Below, in pieces: positions 10,797 through 20,468 of a stretch of DNA of 64,000 nucleotides. The position numbers and the translations under genes were made by a program. The notes beneath the pieces are model-generated. The model did no database searches. It saw nothing but the letters and a program-made list of their open reading frames with translations, and was not told the origin of the DNA. Each line of letters opens with the position of its first letter. The stretch's first letter is position 1. The stretch lies in contig JBFOMH010000005.1 of the NCBI GenBank assembly GCA_040830765.1, forward strand, positions 288,001 to 352,000. Reading direction: 5' to 3'. The DNA is from Puniceicoccaceae bacterium. Lineage in GTDB: Bacteria > Verrucomicrobiota > Verrucomicrobiia > Opitutales > Oceanipulchritudinaceae.

Positions 10797-10908
10797 AGGT
10801 CTTAGGTCTTAGGTCTTAGGTCTTAGGTAGTATTTCAGCGATTTGCTCAACCAAGTCAAAGGTTTCCGTCAAAGGAACCTACGACCTATGACCTACGACC
10901 TGCGACCT
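10797..10908. repeat. Inverted heptamer tandem arrays
   Basis: (AGGTCTT)x4 at 10797-10824; ACCTACG/ACCTATG/ACCTACG/ACCTGCG/ACCT at 10877-10908, an approximate reverse complement. Confidence 0.85.
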
Positions 10909-10910
10909 GA

Positions 10911-11507
10911 TTACTTGTCCTTGAACTGGATTACCTGATCAACAAGCCCATATTCCAAGGCTTCTTCAGCTGTCATGTAGAAATCGCGGTCGGAATCGAC
11001 CTCGATCTTTTCCACATCCTGGCCGGAATGCTCGGCCAAAACCTGATTGATGGTCTTCTTCCAGCGAAGGATTTCCCGTGCGGCAATGGATATGTCGGCT
11101 GACTGGCCGGTGGCACCGCCGGTTGGCTGGTGAATCATCATCCGGCTATGCGGCAGGGCATAGCGCTTACCGGGCGTTCCGGCGGCAAGGAGGACGGTCG
11201 CCATACTGGCAGCCTGTCCCATGCAGTAGGTCTTGATGTCACAACTGAGGAACCGCATGGTATCGTAGATCGCCATGCCATCAGTGACGCTGCCACCTGG
11301 GGAATTGATATAAAGCTGGATATCCTTTTTCGGATCCTCCATCTGCAGGAGGAGCATCTGGGCGATAACCGCATTGGCCACGTAATCATCAATCGGTGTC
11401 CCGATAAAGATGATTCGGTCCTTCAGCAAGCGGCTGTAGATATCCCAGCTCTTCTCAGTACGGCCGTCACTCTCGACGACGTGCGGTAAGGGCAAATAGT
11501 AACTCAT
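10911..11507 (-). CDS. clpP: Clp protease proteolytic subunit
   Basis: [26 protein letters not shown] (Ser), MIHQP (His), DRD. Confidence 0.97.
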   Translation of the reverse strand: MSYYLPLPHVVESDGRTEKSWDIYSRLLKDRIIFIGTPIDDYVANAVIAQMLLLQMEDPKKDIQLYINSPGGSVTDGMAIYDTMRFLSCDIKTYCMGQAASMATVLLAAGTPGKRYALPHSRMMIHQPTGGATGQSADISIAAREILRWKKTINQVLAEHSGQDVEKIEVDSDRDFYMTAEEALEYGLVDQVIQFKDK

Positions 11508-11542
11508 GCAGACAAGATGGGCCGATCTTTCAAGGAGCGCAA

Positions 11543-12883
11543 TCAGGATTCCGATTTTTCAGCAGCGCCGGCACTGGCTTCCTTGAGCAGGAAATCAAGC
11601 GTCTTGGAAAAGAGGATCTGCCGCTGGAGTTGCACCAGCCGCCCACGGTCCTTGCGGAACTCCTTGGCCAGCTCTTCCGGCTTGCGCTGTTGCTGCATGG
11701 CCATGCCATAGACAGCGCGGGTCAGGTCTTCATTGTCAATTTGGATTTCCTCCGCCTCAGCTACCCGGTTGAGGATAATCTGCAGCTTGACGTCCCGACT
11801 GGCGGCCTGGTTGGCACCGGCGAAAATCGCTTCCTTGTTCTTCTCGAATTCCTCCTCGGCCATTCCCATCTGCATGTTCTGGTTGATGATGCGACCCATG
11901 GCATTTTGGGTTTCAGCCTCGACGGCGCTTTCCGGGAGAGGGAAATCAACCGCCTCATCAAGGAACTTGAGGATCTGGTCACGCTGCTTGTCTTCAGCTT
12001 CCCGCTTTTTCCGGGCTTCCAGTTCATCCAGGATCTGCGCCTTGAAGTCCTCCAGGCTTTCCGCCCGGACACTCTTGAGGAAATCCTCGTCAATCTCAGG
12101 CAACTTCCGCTCCCGGACTTCTGTCACCTCGATGGCATAGTTGACCGTCTTGCCCTGCAGCTCCTCAACGGCGAAATCGTCGGCAAGCGTCTGTTCGACG
12201 GTCTTGCTCTCCCCAGCCTTCATCCCGACAAGGGCATCAATGACAGCAGGAACACCAAATTCCTTGGCTTCATCGGTACCGGCCTCTTCCCAGCCATCCT
12301 TGACGGCCCCCCACGCCTGCAGGCGCGGCTGGTCCTTGAGTTGGTCGGCAATGGGATCGCCGGCAAGTGTCCCGGTGTAGCTCAGCTTGACGTAATCCTT
12401 GGCTTCCGCCGCCCGGTCAACCACCTCGAAATCGGCCCGTTGGCGCCGGATTCGATCAATGGTCTCGTCAATCTCGCTGTCCTCGACTTCCGTCTCCGGG
12501 GCTTCGATGGCAATACCCTTGTACTCCGGGAGGTCGAATTGCGGATTCACATCAATGGTCAGGTCGAGGGAAATTTCCTGGCCGGCGAGAAAGTCGCCCG
12601 GTTCCGGGAACTCAACGATATTGTAGACATCCAGATTGTCTTGCCCGACCACCTCGTCGTAGGCAGAGCGCATCAAGGCGCCCCGCAGTTCCTCGCTCAG
12701 TTGCTTGGCGTAAAGTTGACGTACCCGCGCTTCGGGTGCCTTGCCGGGGCGGAATCCCGGCACCTTGGCCTGCTTGATGAAAGACTTGAGGATGCGGCTC
12801 TCTTCCTGAGCAACCTCGTCGCCACTGATGGTGACAACCACGTCTTTTCGCGTTTCGCTGATGTCGTTAATCGTAACGTTCAC
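11543..12883 (-). CDS. tig: Trigger factor
   Basis: [10 protein letters not shown] ribosome-binding signature; tig-clpP-clpX order. Confidence 0.95.
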   Translation of the reverse strand: MNVTINDISETRKDVVVTISGDEVAQEESRILKSFIKQAKVPGFRPGKAPEARVRQLYAKQLSEELRGALMRSAYDEVVGQDNLDVYNIVEFPEPGDFLAGQEISLDLTIDVNPQFDLPEYKGIAIEAPETEVEDSEIDETIDRIRRQRADFEVVDRAAEAKDYVKLSYTGTLAGDPIADQLKDQPRLQAWGAVKDGWEEAGTDEAKEFGVPAVIDALVGMKAGESKTVEQTLADDFAVEELQGKTVNYAIEVTEVRERKLPEIDEDFLKSVRAESLEDFKAQILDELEARKKREAEDKQRDQILKFLDEAVDFPLPESAVEAETQNAMGRIINQNMQMGMAEEEFEKNKEAIFAGANQAASRDVKLQIILNRVAEAEEIQIDNEDLTRAVYGMAMQQQRKPEELAKEFRKDRGRLVQLQRQILFSKTLDFLLKEASAGAAEKSES

Positions 12884-13034
12884 GGTACCTATCGTTTTGA
12901 TGATTAATGGGCTTTGAAAAAACGGCCAATAAAGGTCATCGGGATTTCCCGGTCAACTCATTTTGCAAGAAACTCCCGGCCCTCTGTCGGGACAAAAAGC
13001 CGCTTCGGGCTTTTCAAACGGTGGGAATTGTCCC

Positions 13035-14768
13035 ATGTTGTTCGCCATGCTCCGGCTTCAGCTACAAACCGCCTGGATTCTCCTTCTCTGCCTGCCCGCG
13101 TTGCTGAGTGCCGACCCCATTTACCGACCCAAACACATTGTGTGGTCAGCAAAGGGCATGAATGGCGCAATTGCTGCAGCCGAACACCATGCCACGGAAG
13201 CGGGCCTGCAAGTCCTCAGGGAAGGCGGTAATGCCCTTGATGCAGCAATAACAGTCGGATTTACCCTTTCGGTCACCCTGCCGCGGGCAGCCAACATTGG
13301 CGGAGGTGGATTCCTACTTTACCACGATGCTGCCACCGGCCAGACCTTCGCCCTCGATTATCGTGAGATGGCTCCTTCAAAGGCCTCCAGGGACATGTTT
13401 CTTGATGACCAAGGTAATGCGGATAGCTATCTTTCGCGCAAGTCCCCACTTGCGGTGGGAGTTCCCGGTACCGTAGCTGGACTACTCGAGGCGCACCGGC
13501 GCTTTGGTACCCTACCCTTGGAGCGGCTCATGGAACCGGCCATCACCCTCGCAAGGGATGGATTCGTCATCTCCGCCCATTTCCAGGACCTGCTGGAAAA
13601 GGCGGCAGGCGACAACCGACTGGATGCGGCGGCAAGACAAGTGTTCCACGGACCTGACGGCGAACCCCGAAAGGCCGGGGAGGTCCTTATCCAGGAAGAT
13701 TTGGCACAGACCTTCGAGTTGATCGTCCAGCAGGGACGGGACGGATTCTATACCGGACCGGTGGCTCAGGCCATCGTGGATACGCTGGCGGAAAAAGGCG
13801 GTCTCATCACCATCGAGGACATGACCAGTTACCAACCGGTATGGCGAGATCCCGTTACCGGGAACTACAAGGGGCATACGATTCTCTCCATGCCACCACC
13901 CAGTTCAGGAGGCGTTCATCTTGTCCAGATGCTGCACCTGCTGGAAAACTTTCCACTTGGGGATTGGGGCCATAACAGCAGCAAGGCCATCCATATCATC
14001 GCGGAAGTAATGAAGCGGGCCTATGCGGACCGCAGCAAGTATCTTGGTGATCCGGATTATGCCAATGTTCCGATTCAAGATCTGTTATCCGAAGAGTATG
14101 AGGCCGCAACCCTCGAGCAAATCGACTTGACCAGCCCCACGCCCAGCGACCTGGTGCGGCCGGGCCTTCCGGAACATTCTCCCGAGAGCACAGAAACCAC
14201 CCATTTCTCCATCGTGGACAAGGACGGCAATGCCGTGGCCAATACCACAACGCTCAATTTCAGCTTTGGATCCGGCATTATGGCCCGGGGAACAGGTGTC
14301 TTGCTCAATAATGAGATGGACGACTTTTCCGCCAAGCCCGGCGTCCCGAATGCCTACGGGCTCATTGGGGGAGAGTTTAACGCCGTTGAGCCAGGCAAGC
14401 GGCCCTTGAGTTCCATGACTCCAACCATTGTCCTTGAGGATGGCCAAGTCCAACTGGTCACCGGTAGCCCCGGCGGCAGTCGCATTATCAACACGGCCCT
14501 GCAGATTATCCTCAACGTCCTTGCGTTCGACCTGACGATTGCTGAAGCCACCTACGCCCCCCGCTTTCATCACCAGTGGCTCCCGGACACACTCTTTATT
14601 GAACGCACCTTCCCATCGGACGCCCTTCGAATTCTCAAGTCGATGGGCTACACCATCGAAAGCAACTATACCATCGGAGCCGCTCAATCCGTGTACCGCG
14701 ATGCGGAGGGCGAATTCTCCGCCACTGCTGACTCCCGGCGACCCGGCAGCACTGCACTGGCCTATTAA
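13035..14768 (+). CDS. ggt: Gamma-glutamyltransferase, exported
   Basis: GGNALDAA, IGGGGF, ETTHFSIVD (autocatalytic Thr), LNNEMDDFS, KRPLSSMTP, GSPGGSRI; signal peptide; start approximate. Confidence 0.95.
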   Translation: MLFAMLRLQLQTAWILLLCLPALLSADPIYRPKHIVWSAKGMNGAIAAAEHHATEAGLQVLREGGNALDAAITVGFTLSVTLPRAANIGGGGFLLYHDAATGQTFALDYREMAPSKASRDMFLDDQGNADSYLSRKSPLAVGVPGTVAGLLEAHRRFGTLPLERLMEPAITLARDGFVISAHFQDLLEKAAGDNRLDAAARQVFHGPDGEPRKAGEVLIQEDLAQTFELIVQQGRDGFYTGPVAQAIVDTLAEKGGLITIEDMTSYQPVWRDPVTGNYKGHTILSMPPPSSGGVHLVQMLHLLENFPLGDWGHNSSKAIHIIAEVMKRAYADRSKYLGDPDYANVPIQDLLSEEYEAATLEQIDLTSPTPSDLVRPGLPEHSPESTETTHFSIVDKDGNAVANTTTLNFSFGSGIMARGTGVLLNNEMDDFSAKPGVPNAYGLIGGEFNAVEPGKRPLSSMTPTIVLEDGQVQLVTGSPGGSRIINTALQIILNVLAFDLTIAEATYAPRFHHQWLPDTLFIERTFPSDALRILKSMGYTIESNYTIGAAQSVYRDAEGEFSATADSRRPGSTALAY

Positions 14769-14776
14769 CAGTAAAC

Positions 14777-15730
14777 ATGGAACCTGCAATAGACATCCTT
14801 GACCTGCGTGTTGATTACGGCGACTTGACCGCCGTCAACAACCTGTCCCTGACAATTGAATCAGGGGAAATCTATGGCCTTGTAGGCCCCAACGGGGCCG
14901 GCAAGACCAGTACCCTCAACGTGCTTGCCACGCTTCTGGTCCCGACCTACGGGACCGTCCGCATGGCCGGTTACGACCTTGAGGAAAACCCGGAGGCCAT
15001 CCGGGCCCGGCTCGGCTACATGCCGGACCTCGCCCCGATCATCGGCAACCTCAAGGTGTGGGAGTTTCTTGACCTCTTTGCCGCCGCCCACGGGATCTGG
15101 GGAGCGGAAAAAGCCAAGACGGTTGACAAGTGCCTCGAACTGGTGGGCATGGATGAAAAGCGAAATGTCCTTTGCGGAACGCTTTCCCGCGGCATGACCC
15201 AACGCGTGGTGCTCGCCAAGACCCTATTGCACAGCCCCGGCATCCTCCTTCTCGATGAGCCAGCCAGCGGTATGGACCCGATTGCCCGGATCGAGCTCAA
15301 GGATGCCCTCCAGAACGTTGCCAGTGAGGGGGCCACCGTCATAGTCTCCTCCCATATCCTGAGCGAGCTCTCGGAAATGGCCACTTCCATTGGCATCCTC
15401 CACAAGGGCCGTCTCCGGGAACATGGCCCAGTGATGCAGGTCCTCTCTTCATTAAAGCAGGCTAGCAACATAATTGCCCTCGATCTTATCGGGGATCCGG
15501 AACCGTGTCGACAATGGCTCACCGACCGCCACATCAAGGCCACTCCTGATGAAAAGCACCCCAGCCGGCTAATGGTCGAGTTGGCTGGAGACGAAATCCA
15601 CCAGGCACAGCTCCTGAAGGACATCGTCCAGGCAGACTTTTCCGTCCATGGCTTCCAAGCCAAGCATTCAAGCCTCGAGGACCTCATGAGGGCCATCTCC
15701 GCCGAACCCGACGAAGAAACAGAATCCTAA
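14777..15730 (+). CDS. ABC transporter ATP-binding protein (ABC-2 type)
   Basis: GPNGAGKT, LSRGM, LLLDEP, SSH. Confidence 0.92.
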   Translation: MEPAIDILDLRVDYGDLTAVNNLSLTIESGEIYGLVGPNGAGKTSTLNVLATLLVPTYGTVRMAGYDLEENPEAIRARLGYMPDLAPIIGNLKVWEFLDLFAAAHGIWGAEKAKTVDKCLELVGMDEKRNVLCGTLSRGMTQRVVLAKTLLHSPGILLLDEPASGMDPIARIELKDALQNVASEGATVIVSSHILSELSEMATSIGILHKGRLREHGPVMQVLSSLKQASNIIALDLIGDPEPCRQWLTDRHIKATPDEKHPSRLMVELAGDEIHQAQLLKDIVQADFSVHGFQAKHSSLEDLMRAISAEPDEETES

Positions 15731-15734
15731 GATC

Positions 15735-17321
15735 ATGCTACACAAGAATCCAATTTTTATCCGTTTCTGCCGCTCCGAACTACGGCCCAAGAAGGCCTTC
15801 TTCTGGTATCTCCTGACTCTCATTGGTACCGCTTTCGCAGTGGCTGTAACCTACGCCCCGCAGGTTGCCCAGGGGCGTGAAGCCATGGCCGCCGCCCGAA
15901 ACGCCCTTCTGCCAGTGATGATTATCCAGGGCGTCATTCTTTTGTTCATGGGTACCGGAAGCATTGCCAGTGGCATTACGCGTGAGAAAGTCGAAAATGT
16001 TCTCGATTACCAGCGGCTGACCCCGCTGGCGACCCGGGACAAGATAATCGGCTACCTATTTGGCCTGCCGATCCGCCACTACGTGATGTTCTCCATTACT
16101 CTGCCCTTCCTCCTCTTCATCCTCATCGTCGGGCAGATCCCACCCAGTGCATTTGTTCCCTATTACCTTGTCTTTTTCACCTCGACCTTGCTGTACCACT
16201 TTACCGGTCTGGTTGCCGGGATGATTAGCCGCAAGTGGCGTTGGTCGGCCCGCATTTCCCAAGGGCTGATTTTCCTCCTTTATTTCGTCCTTCCGCAATT
16301 GTCTCACATCGGTTTGGTCTTCCTTGAGTTCCTGACTGTCCGTCCTGTGTTTGCGGAAAAAATCATCCCGGTCATTGGGTCCAACGCCAACATCTCCATT
16401 CAAGGAATGGGCTTCATGGCGGGTCAGAGCGTTCCACTGTTTCACCTGACGTTGTCGGGAACGCTCTTCTCCTTCATCATACAGGCTGGCCTGGTTGTCC
16501 TCTTTGCCGGAATTGTCGCCCGCAAATGGAAGGCTGATTCCATTCCCGCCATCAGCAAAAAGATGGCCCTCATTACGTTTGCGGCCTTCAGCATCATGTC
16601 CCTGGCCAACATCTGGCCCAACCTGACCCGGGCCGAGAATGCCCTCAATATTTTCCAGTCAGATGGTGACCTCGGAGCGGAAATCGCCGTTGTCGTCCTG
16701 CCGCTTATCATGGCGCTGGTCACCACCTACCTGGCTTTTGTCCTCATGACTTCCGCCCTGCCGGACCCGATGCAATTCCGCCATGGCCGCATTCGCGCCA
16801 TGCGTCTCGGGCATGACAAGTTAAAGCCGTGGGAGGATGCTGCCGGCGGGTATCCCTTTATTGCCTTCATCCTGCTCATCCAGGTCGTCTTCTTTGGGGT
16901 TGTCATTTACACACTCAATCAGGCCGGGTACTATGCCGATATCGAATTGAATCCACTGCAGGGTTTGTGGCTTCTCCTTGGGACCGCCCTGACCTTGTTC
17001 TATTTCCAGGCGCTTAAGGAGAATTTCGGAACCGGCCTCCTGGCAATGTTTGTCCTCATCAGCTGGGCTGTTCCCATCCTCCTTGCCATTGTCATTTTTG
17101 CCGTCAACCAGGACCAATGGCCCCTCGCCCTGGCCGTCACCGGACTATCCCCCATTGCCCTGATTCCGTTCTCCGTCTTCCAGATGGCCCCGGTGGATGA
17201 AATCCAGGAGAACTTCATCTATCTCCAGCGGGCCCTCGGGGTCGCCCTCCTGACCATGACTGGTCTCAATGTCTGGCTCCACCTGCGTCTCCGTAAACTT
17301 CGCAAGGCCCTCCCGATCTAA
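15735..17321 (+). CDS. ABC-2-type permease-like polytopic membrane protein
   Basis: About 13 hydrophobic segments; ITREK..LDYQRLTPL...IIGYLFG motif; directly follows the ATPase. Confidence 0.75.
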   Translation: MLHKNPIFIRFCRSELRPKKAFFWYLLTLIGTAFAVAVTYAPQVAQGREAMAAARNALLPVMIIQGVILLFMGTGSIASGITREKVENVLDYQRLTPLATRDKIIGYLFGLPIRHYVMFSITLPFLLFILIVGQIPPSAFVPYYLVFFTSTLLYHFTGLVAGMISRKWRWSARISQGLIFLLYFVLPQLSHIGLVFLEFLTVRPVFAEKIIPVIGSNANISIQGMGFMAGQSVPLFHLTLSGTLFSFIIQAGLVVLFAGIVARKWKADSIPAISKKMALITFAAFSIMSLANIWPNLTRAENALNIFQSDGDLGAEIAVVVLPLIMALVTTYLAFVLMTSALPDPMQFRHGRIRAMRLGHDKLKPWEDAAGGYPFIAFILLIQVVFFGVVIYTLNQAGYYADIELNPLQGLWLLLGTALTLFYFQALKENFGTGLLAMFVLISWAVPILLAIVIFAVNQDQWPLALAVTGLSPIALIPFSVFQMAPVDEIQENFIYLQRALGVALLTMTGLNVWLHLRLRKLRKALPI

Positions 17322-17457
17322 ATCTTAATCTTAGCCTTAATCTTAATCTTAGCCTTATCTTAACCTTAATCTCAGTCTTAATCTCCCGGACGGGAGCGCG
17401 CACCAATGCAGTGGGCCGGTATCTAGATTAAGATCAAGATTAAGACTAAGATTAAGA
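17321..17457. repeat. Inverted hexamer tandem arrays
   Basis: Degenerate (AATCTT/AGCCTT)n at about 17321-17384, a ~40-bp spacer, then (AAGATT)n at about 17425-17457. Confidence 0.85.
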
Positions 17458-17462
17458 GGAAC

Positions 17463-17495
17463 AAAAAACCCGGAGCCGCATCGCGACCCCGGGTT
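17463..17495 (-). terminator. Intrinsic terminator of the PEP-CTERM gene
   Basis: Minus strand AACCCGGGGTCGC-GAT-GCGGCTCCGGGTT followed by a T run. Confidence 0.7.
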
Positions 17496-17521
17496 GAAAA
17501 AGTGATTCTATCCCTTGTGTC

Positions 17522-18136
17522 CTAGCGGCGCCGGCGCCACATCACGAACATGAGACCGACCGCACCCAGAAGGGCTGCATAATGCGCCGGTTCGGGGACA
17601 GCAGTTTGTACAAGATTGATTGAGCCTGAAGTGCCCAGCTTAAAGGTGTCCCACGTATCTCCTGCACCATTGAAATTCACCAGGAACGGGGCGAGGGAGT
17701 TGAAAACTGCTGTGCTTGATGCCACGATACCAACGTATTCACCACCGGTAAGGGAGCCAACAGTACCTTGAGTAATCAGAATCACAGGTACCAATCCATT
17801 CTGGTCCTCGGTGAAGGTCCGGGAGGTACTCCAGTCAAGGATGGTATCAAATGGCGGTGGTGGCGTTGTCAGGGCTTCCCATGCCACATCAAAAATAGGA
17901 TTTGTCGCCAATGCGTTAATCTCCGAGGCAAGTGGAGTTGATGAAAAACTTAACGCATTAAAATCAACCAGGGATACCATGCTGGAATAAACATTCACAT
18001 CGCCAGGATTCTGGTCGACCCCACCGGCAAATATCTGATCCACTTCAATTTGGAAATTAACCGATTGGGCATAAGCCGAAACGCCGACTATGAATGCTAC
18101 AGCCAATGATAGTGTTTTTTTAGTTAAGCTCATCAC
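17522..18136 (-). CDS. PEP-CTERM sorting-domain protein
   Basis: Signal peptide (SAYA|Q); C-terminal AVPEPAHYAALLGAVGLMFVMWRRRR. Confidence 0.92.
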   Translation of the reverse strand: MMSLTKKTLSLAVAFIVGVSAYAQSVNFQIEVDQIFAGGVDQNPGDVNVYSSMVSLVDFNALSFSSTPLASEINALATNPIFDVAWEALTTPPPPFDTILDWSTSRTFTEDQNGLVPVILITQGTVGSLTGGEYVGIVASSTAVFNSLAPFLVNFNGAGDTWDTFKLGTSGSINLVQTAVPEPAHYAALLGAVGLMFVMWRRRR

Positions 18137-18176
18137 GTATTTTGGTTAGATTAAAAGTTAGTCACAGAATAAATTA

Positions 18177-19073
18177 CTAATAGGCGGCCTCATGCAGGGC
18201 ATCAGAATCGGCCGATGTCTTCATCACTGCAGCTGAGCCAGAGTCGATAACGGCAGAATCCCTGAGAGTGAAACTTCCGTCATACCAACCAGCAAATGTT
18301 GTATAGTACTGGGCAGTGAATAATGGAGTCAAGGACCCCTCAGAGTAAATCGAAACCAATGTGCCATCTGCAGGACTGGGGAATGTTTCGACCAATGTTT
18401 GGCCGCTTACCGGCTCCAGAGTTCCAATAATGTTGATGATGTTTGAACCCGCATATGGACTCAGGATCGCATTGTCGATGACGGATCCATAGAAGACTGC
18501 CTCCCTGGAAACAGTGCTATTCATCACGACGCCTTCACCCGGAAAAATAATCAAGTCATCCTGAAGGGCAAATGCACCGTCATACCAACCGTTGAACGCA
18601 GTATAGTACTGCGCGGTAATTGTTGTCCCGTCCGTGTTGTAAACTGAGACCAAGTCGCCGTCCTGAACGTTAACAAAGTTACCGAAATCGGCCAAGGTCA
18701 CATGCTCCCTAATACTGACCATGTCAGAAGCGGCCAACCCAGTGACTTCAAATTCCAAAGTAACGCTATCGACTGTCGAGGAAACAATAGAGACCACCGT
18801 TCCGGATCCCGTTCCTGAAAGAACGTGCAGGTATGCTTGAGCAGGGAGTGTTGGCAGGCCTGTCAAATCAACAACCGCCCCTGAAACCGAATCAACTGAC
18901 CCTTGGTAGGCAACTTGCTTGAGGAATGGGACAGAGACCAATTGGGGACCGGCAGGGATTGTAAAGGAAGAGGCCCCAACCACTGGGGTTGTCGCAGCCG
19001 AAGTCGAAAGACAGGATAAGAGAAGCGAAACGAGGCAGCAATTTCGTATGTGAGACCAATTCATAACAAACAT
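18177..19073 (-). CDS. Secreted protein, TIGR02597-like
   Basis: Signal peptide then ATTPVVG...VSVPF...YQGSVDSVSG...YLHVLSGTGSG...TLADF...IIFPGEGV, resembling verrucomicrobial TIGR02597 proteins; internal repeat AQYYTAFNGWYDG / AQYYTTFAGWYDG. Confidence 0.6.
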   Translation of the reverse strand: MFVMNWSHIRNCCLVSLLLSCLSTSAATTPVVGASSFTIPAGPQLVSVPFLKQVAYQGSVDSVSGAVVDLTGLPTLPAQAYLHVLSGTGSGTVVSIVSSTVDSVTLEFEVTGLAASDMVSIREHVTLADFGNFVNVQDGDLVSVYNTDGTTITAQYYTAFNGWYDGAFALQDDLIIFPGEGVVMNSTVSREAVFYGSVIDNAILSPYAGSNIINIIGTLEPVSGQTLVETFPSPADGTLVSIYSEGSLTPLFTAQYYTTFAGWYDGSFTLRDSAVIDSGSAAVMKTSADSDALHEAAY

Positions 19074-19209
19074 AATTTTTGCTGAATAGGACCCGTACTG
19101 TAAAGGGTATTTTCTGTTTAATACGCCTATTTATAAGGATTTTACGGCCTTGCGGGGGCTAGGTGAACCGCCTAGTCGGATTCCCTGCGCAGAACCTTAA
19201 CTGGTTGTA

Positions 19210-20436
19210 TTAGTGGGAGGTATCGACGCGGGAGCCCTTGGGCTGCCCGATGGCAGCGAGTAAGTCAGAGAACCATTCCGTCTCGATATCGAATGGCTTG
19301 CCGCCCTTGATACGCTCGAACTCTATGGCGCGCAACACGTTAGCGTTGTCCTCATCATGTCCGATTACCCCACCCTCACGGCGCAGGGAGCACTCCACGG
19401 CAAGGTCGACACAGGACTTGATAAGCCTCAGATCATCCTCGTTGGCTGCGGCAGCCCGGGAATAATAGCCGCTTTTCTGGACCATGACCTTCTCCGCCCC
19501 GATTTTGGCGGAAAATTGCTCCGCGAAGTACTTGCCGGGGTTAACCGCATCCAATTTGACGTGGCCAAAGGCGTCGCGGGGGACTTCCTGGCCATCCGTT
19601 TCCATCTGCTTGACGATGTCAGCGACCCCGGCGCCCTCGGAAATGAAGATGTTCACACAGTCGTGCTCATCCATGATGCCCTTGAGGCGGGCCGCTTCGG
19701 CATCGATATCGAGTGACATTTCCGGAATGTAGATGCCGTGGACCTCGAAACGCTCCTTTTCAAGGCCGATTTCCGGGACATACATTTCGTGGTCGATGTT
19801 GTTCATGTACTCGGAGGCAGTCGCAGCGGTGAGCCAGCCACAGTGGCGTCCCATGACTTCATGAACGATGAGCATGCGCGGGTTGGCGTTGTGTTCATTG
19901 ACCACATTCTCAAAGAAATAGGCTCCCTCTTCGGCCGCCGTCCAGGCACCGAGGCTCTGCTTGATCGGGAAGACGTCGTTATCGATGGTCTTCGGCAGGC
20001 CAATGACCGTCAGTTCGTAGTCATTCTCCTTGAGAAACTGGGCGAGGTCGGCGGCTGCCGTATTGGTATCATCGCCCCCAATGGTATGGAGGACATCCAC
20101 GCCATCCTTGACCAATTGGTCGGCGGCAACCTTTTGCGGGTCCTCACCTTCCTTGACCAGACCCCGCTTAACGCAGTCCTTGACGTTGGTCAGCTTGACC
20201 CGGCTGTTGCCAATTGCACTGCCCCCGAACTTGTGCAGCAGGCCGGCATCCTCGCGAATAACCTCGATGACTTCAATCGAGTCTCCCAGCAGCAGGCCTT
20301 TATAGCCACTGCGGTAACAAATGATCTCAATGGAGGGATCGATTTCCGTATAGCGTTCAATCAATCCGCCAACGGCGGAATTCAGGCAGGGAGCCAGGCC
20401 CCCGGCGGTCAGTAAGGCAACTTTCTTCGGTTTCAT
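19210..20436 (-). CDS. pfp: Pyrophosphate-dependent phosphofructokinase
   Basis: TAGGLAPC, GGDDT (PPi-type), LPKTIDND, EVMGR, QKSGY. Confidence 0.93.
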   Translation of the reverse strand: MKPKKVALLTAGGLAPCLNSAVGGLIERYTEIDPSIEIICYRSGYKGLLLGDSIEVIEVIREDAGLLHKFGGSAIGNSRVKLTNVKDCVKRGLVKEGEDPQKVAADQLVKDGVDVLHTIGGDDTNTAAADLAQFLKENDYELTVIGLPKTIDNDVFPIKQSLGAWTAAEEGAYFFENVVNEHNANPRMLIVHEVMGRHCGWLTAATASEYMNNIDHEMYVPEIGLEKERFEVHGIYIPEMSLDIDAEAARLKGIMDEHDCVNIFISEGAGVADIVKQMETDGQEVPRDAFGHVKLDAVNPGKYFAEQFSAKIGAEKVMVQKSGYYSRAAAANEDDLRLIKSCVDLAVECSLRREGGVIGHDEDNANVLRAIEFERIKGGKPFDIETEWFSDLLAAIGQPKGSRVDTSH

Positions 20437-20443
20437 TTTAAGT

Positions 20444-20468
20444 GGTCGTAGGTCTTAGGTATTAGGTC
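20444..20468. repeat. Heptamer repeat, same family as 10797-10908
   Basis: GGTCGTA GGTCTTA GGTATTA GGTC fills the gpmI-pfp spacer. Confidence 0.7.

Noticed and set aside
10797..17457. Tandem repeats as a CRISPR array
   Set aside because: Units are 6-7 bp with no unique spacers; no cas genes in the window.
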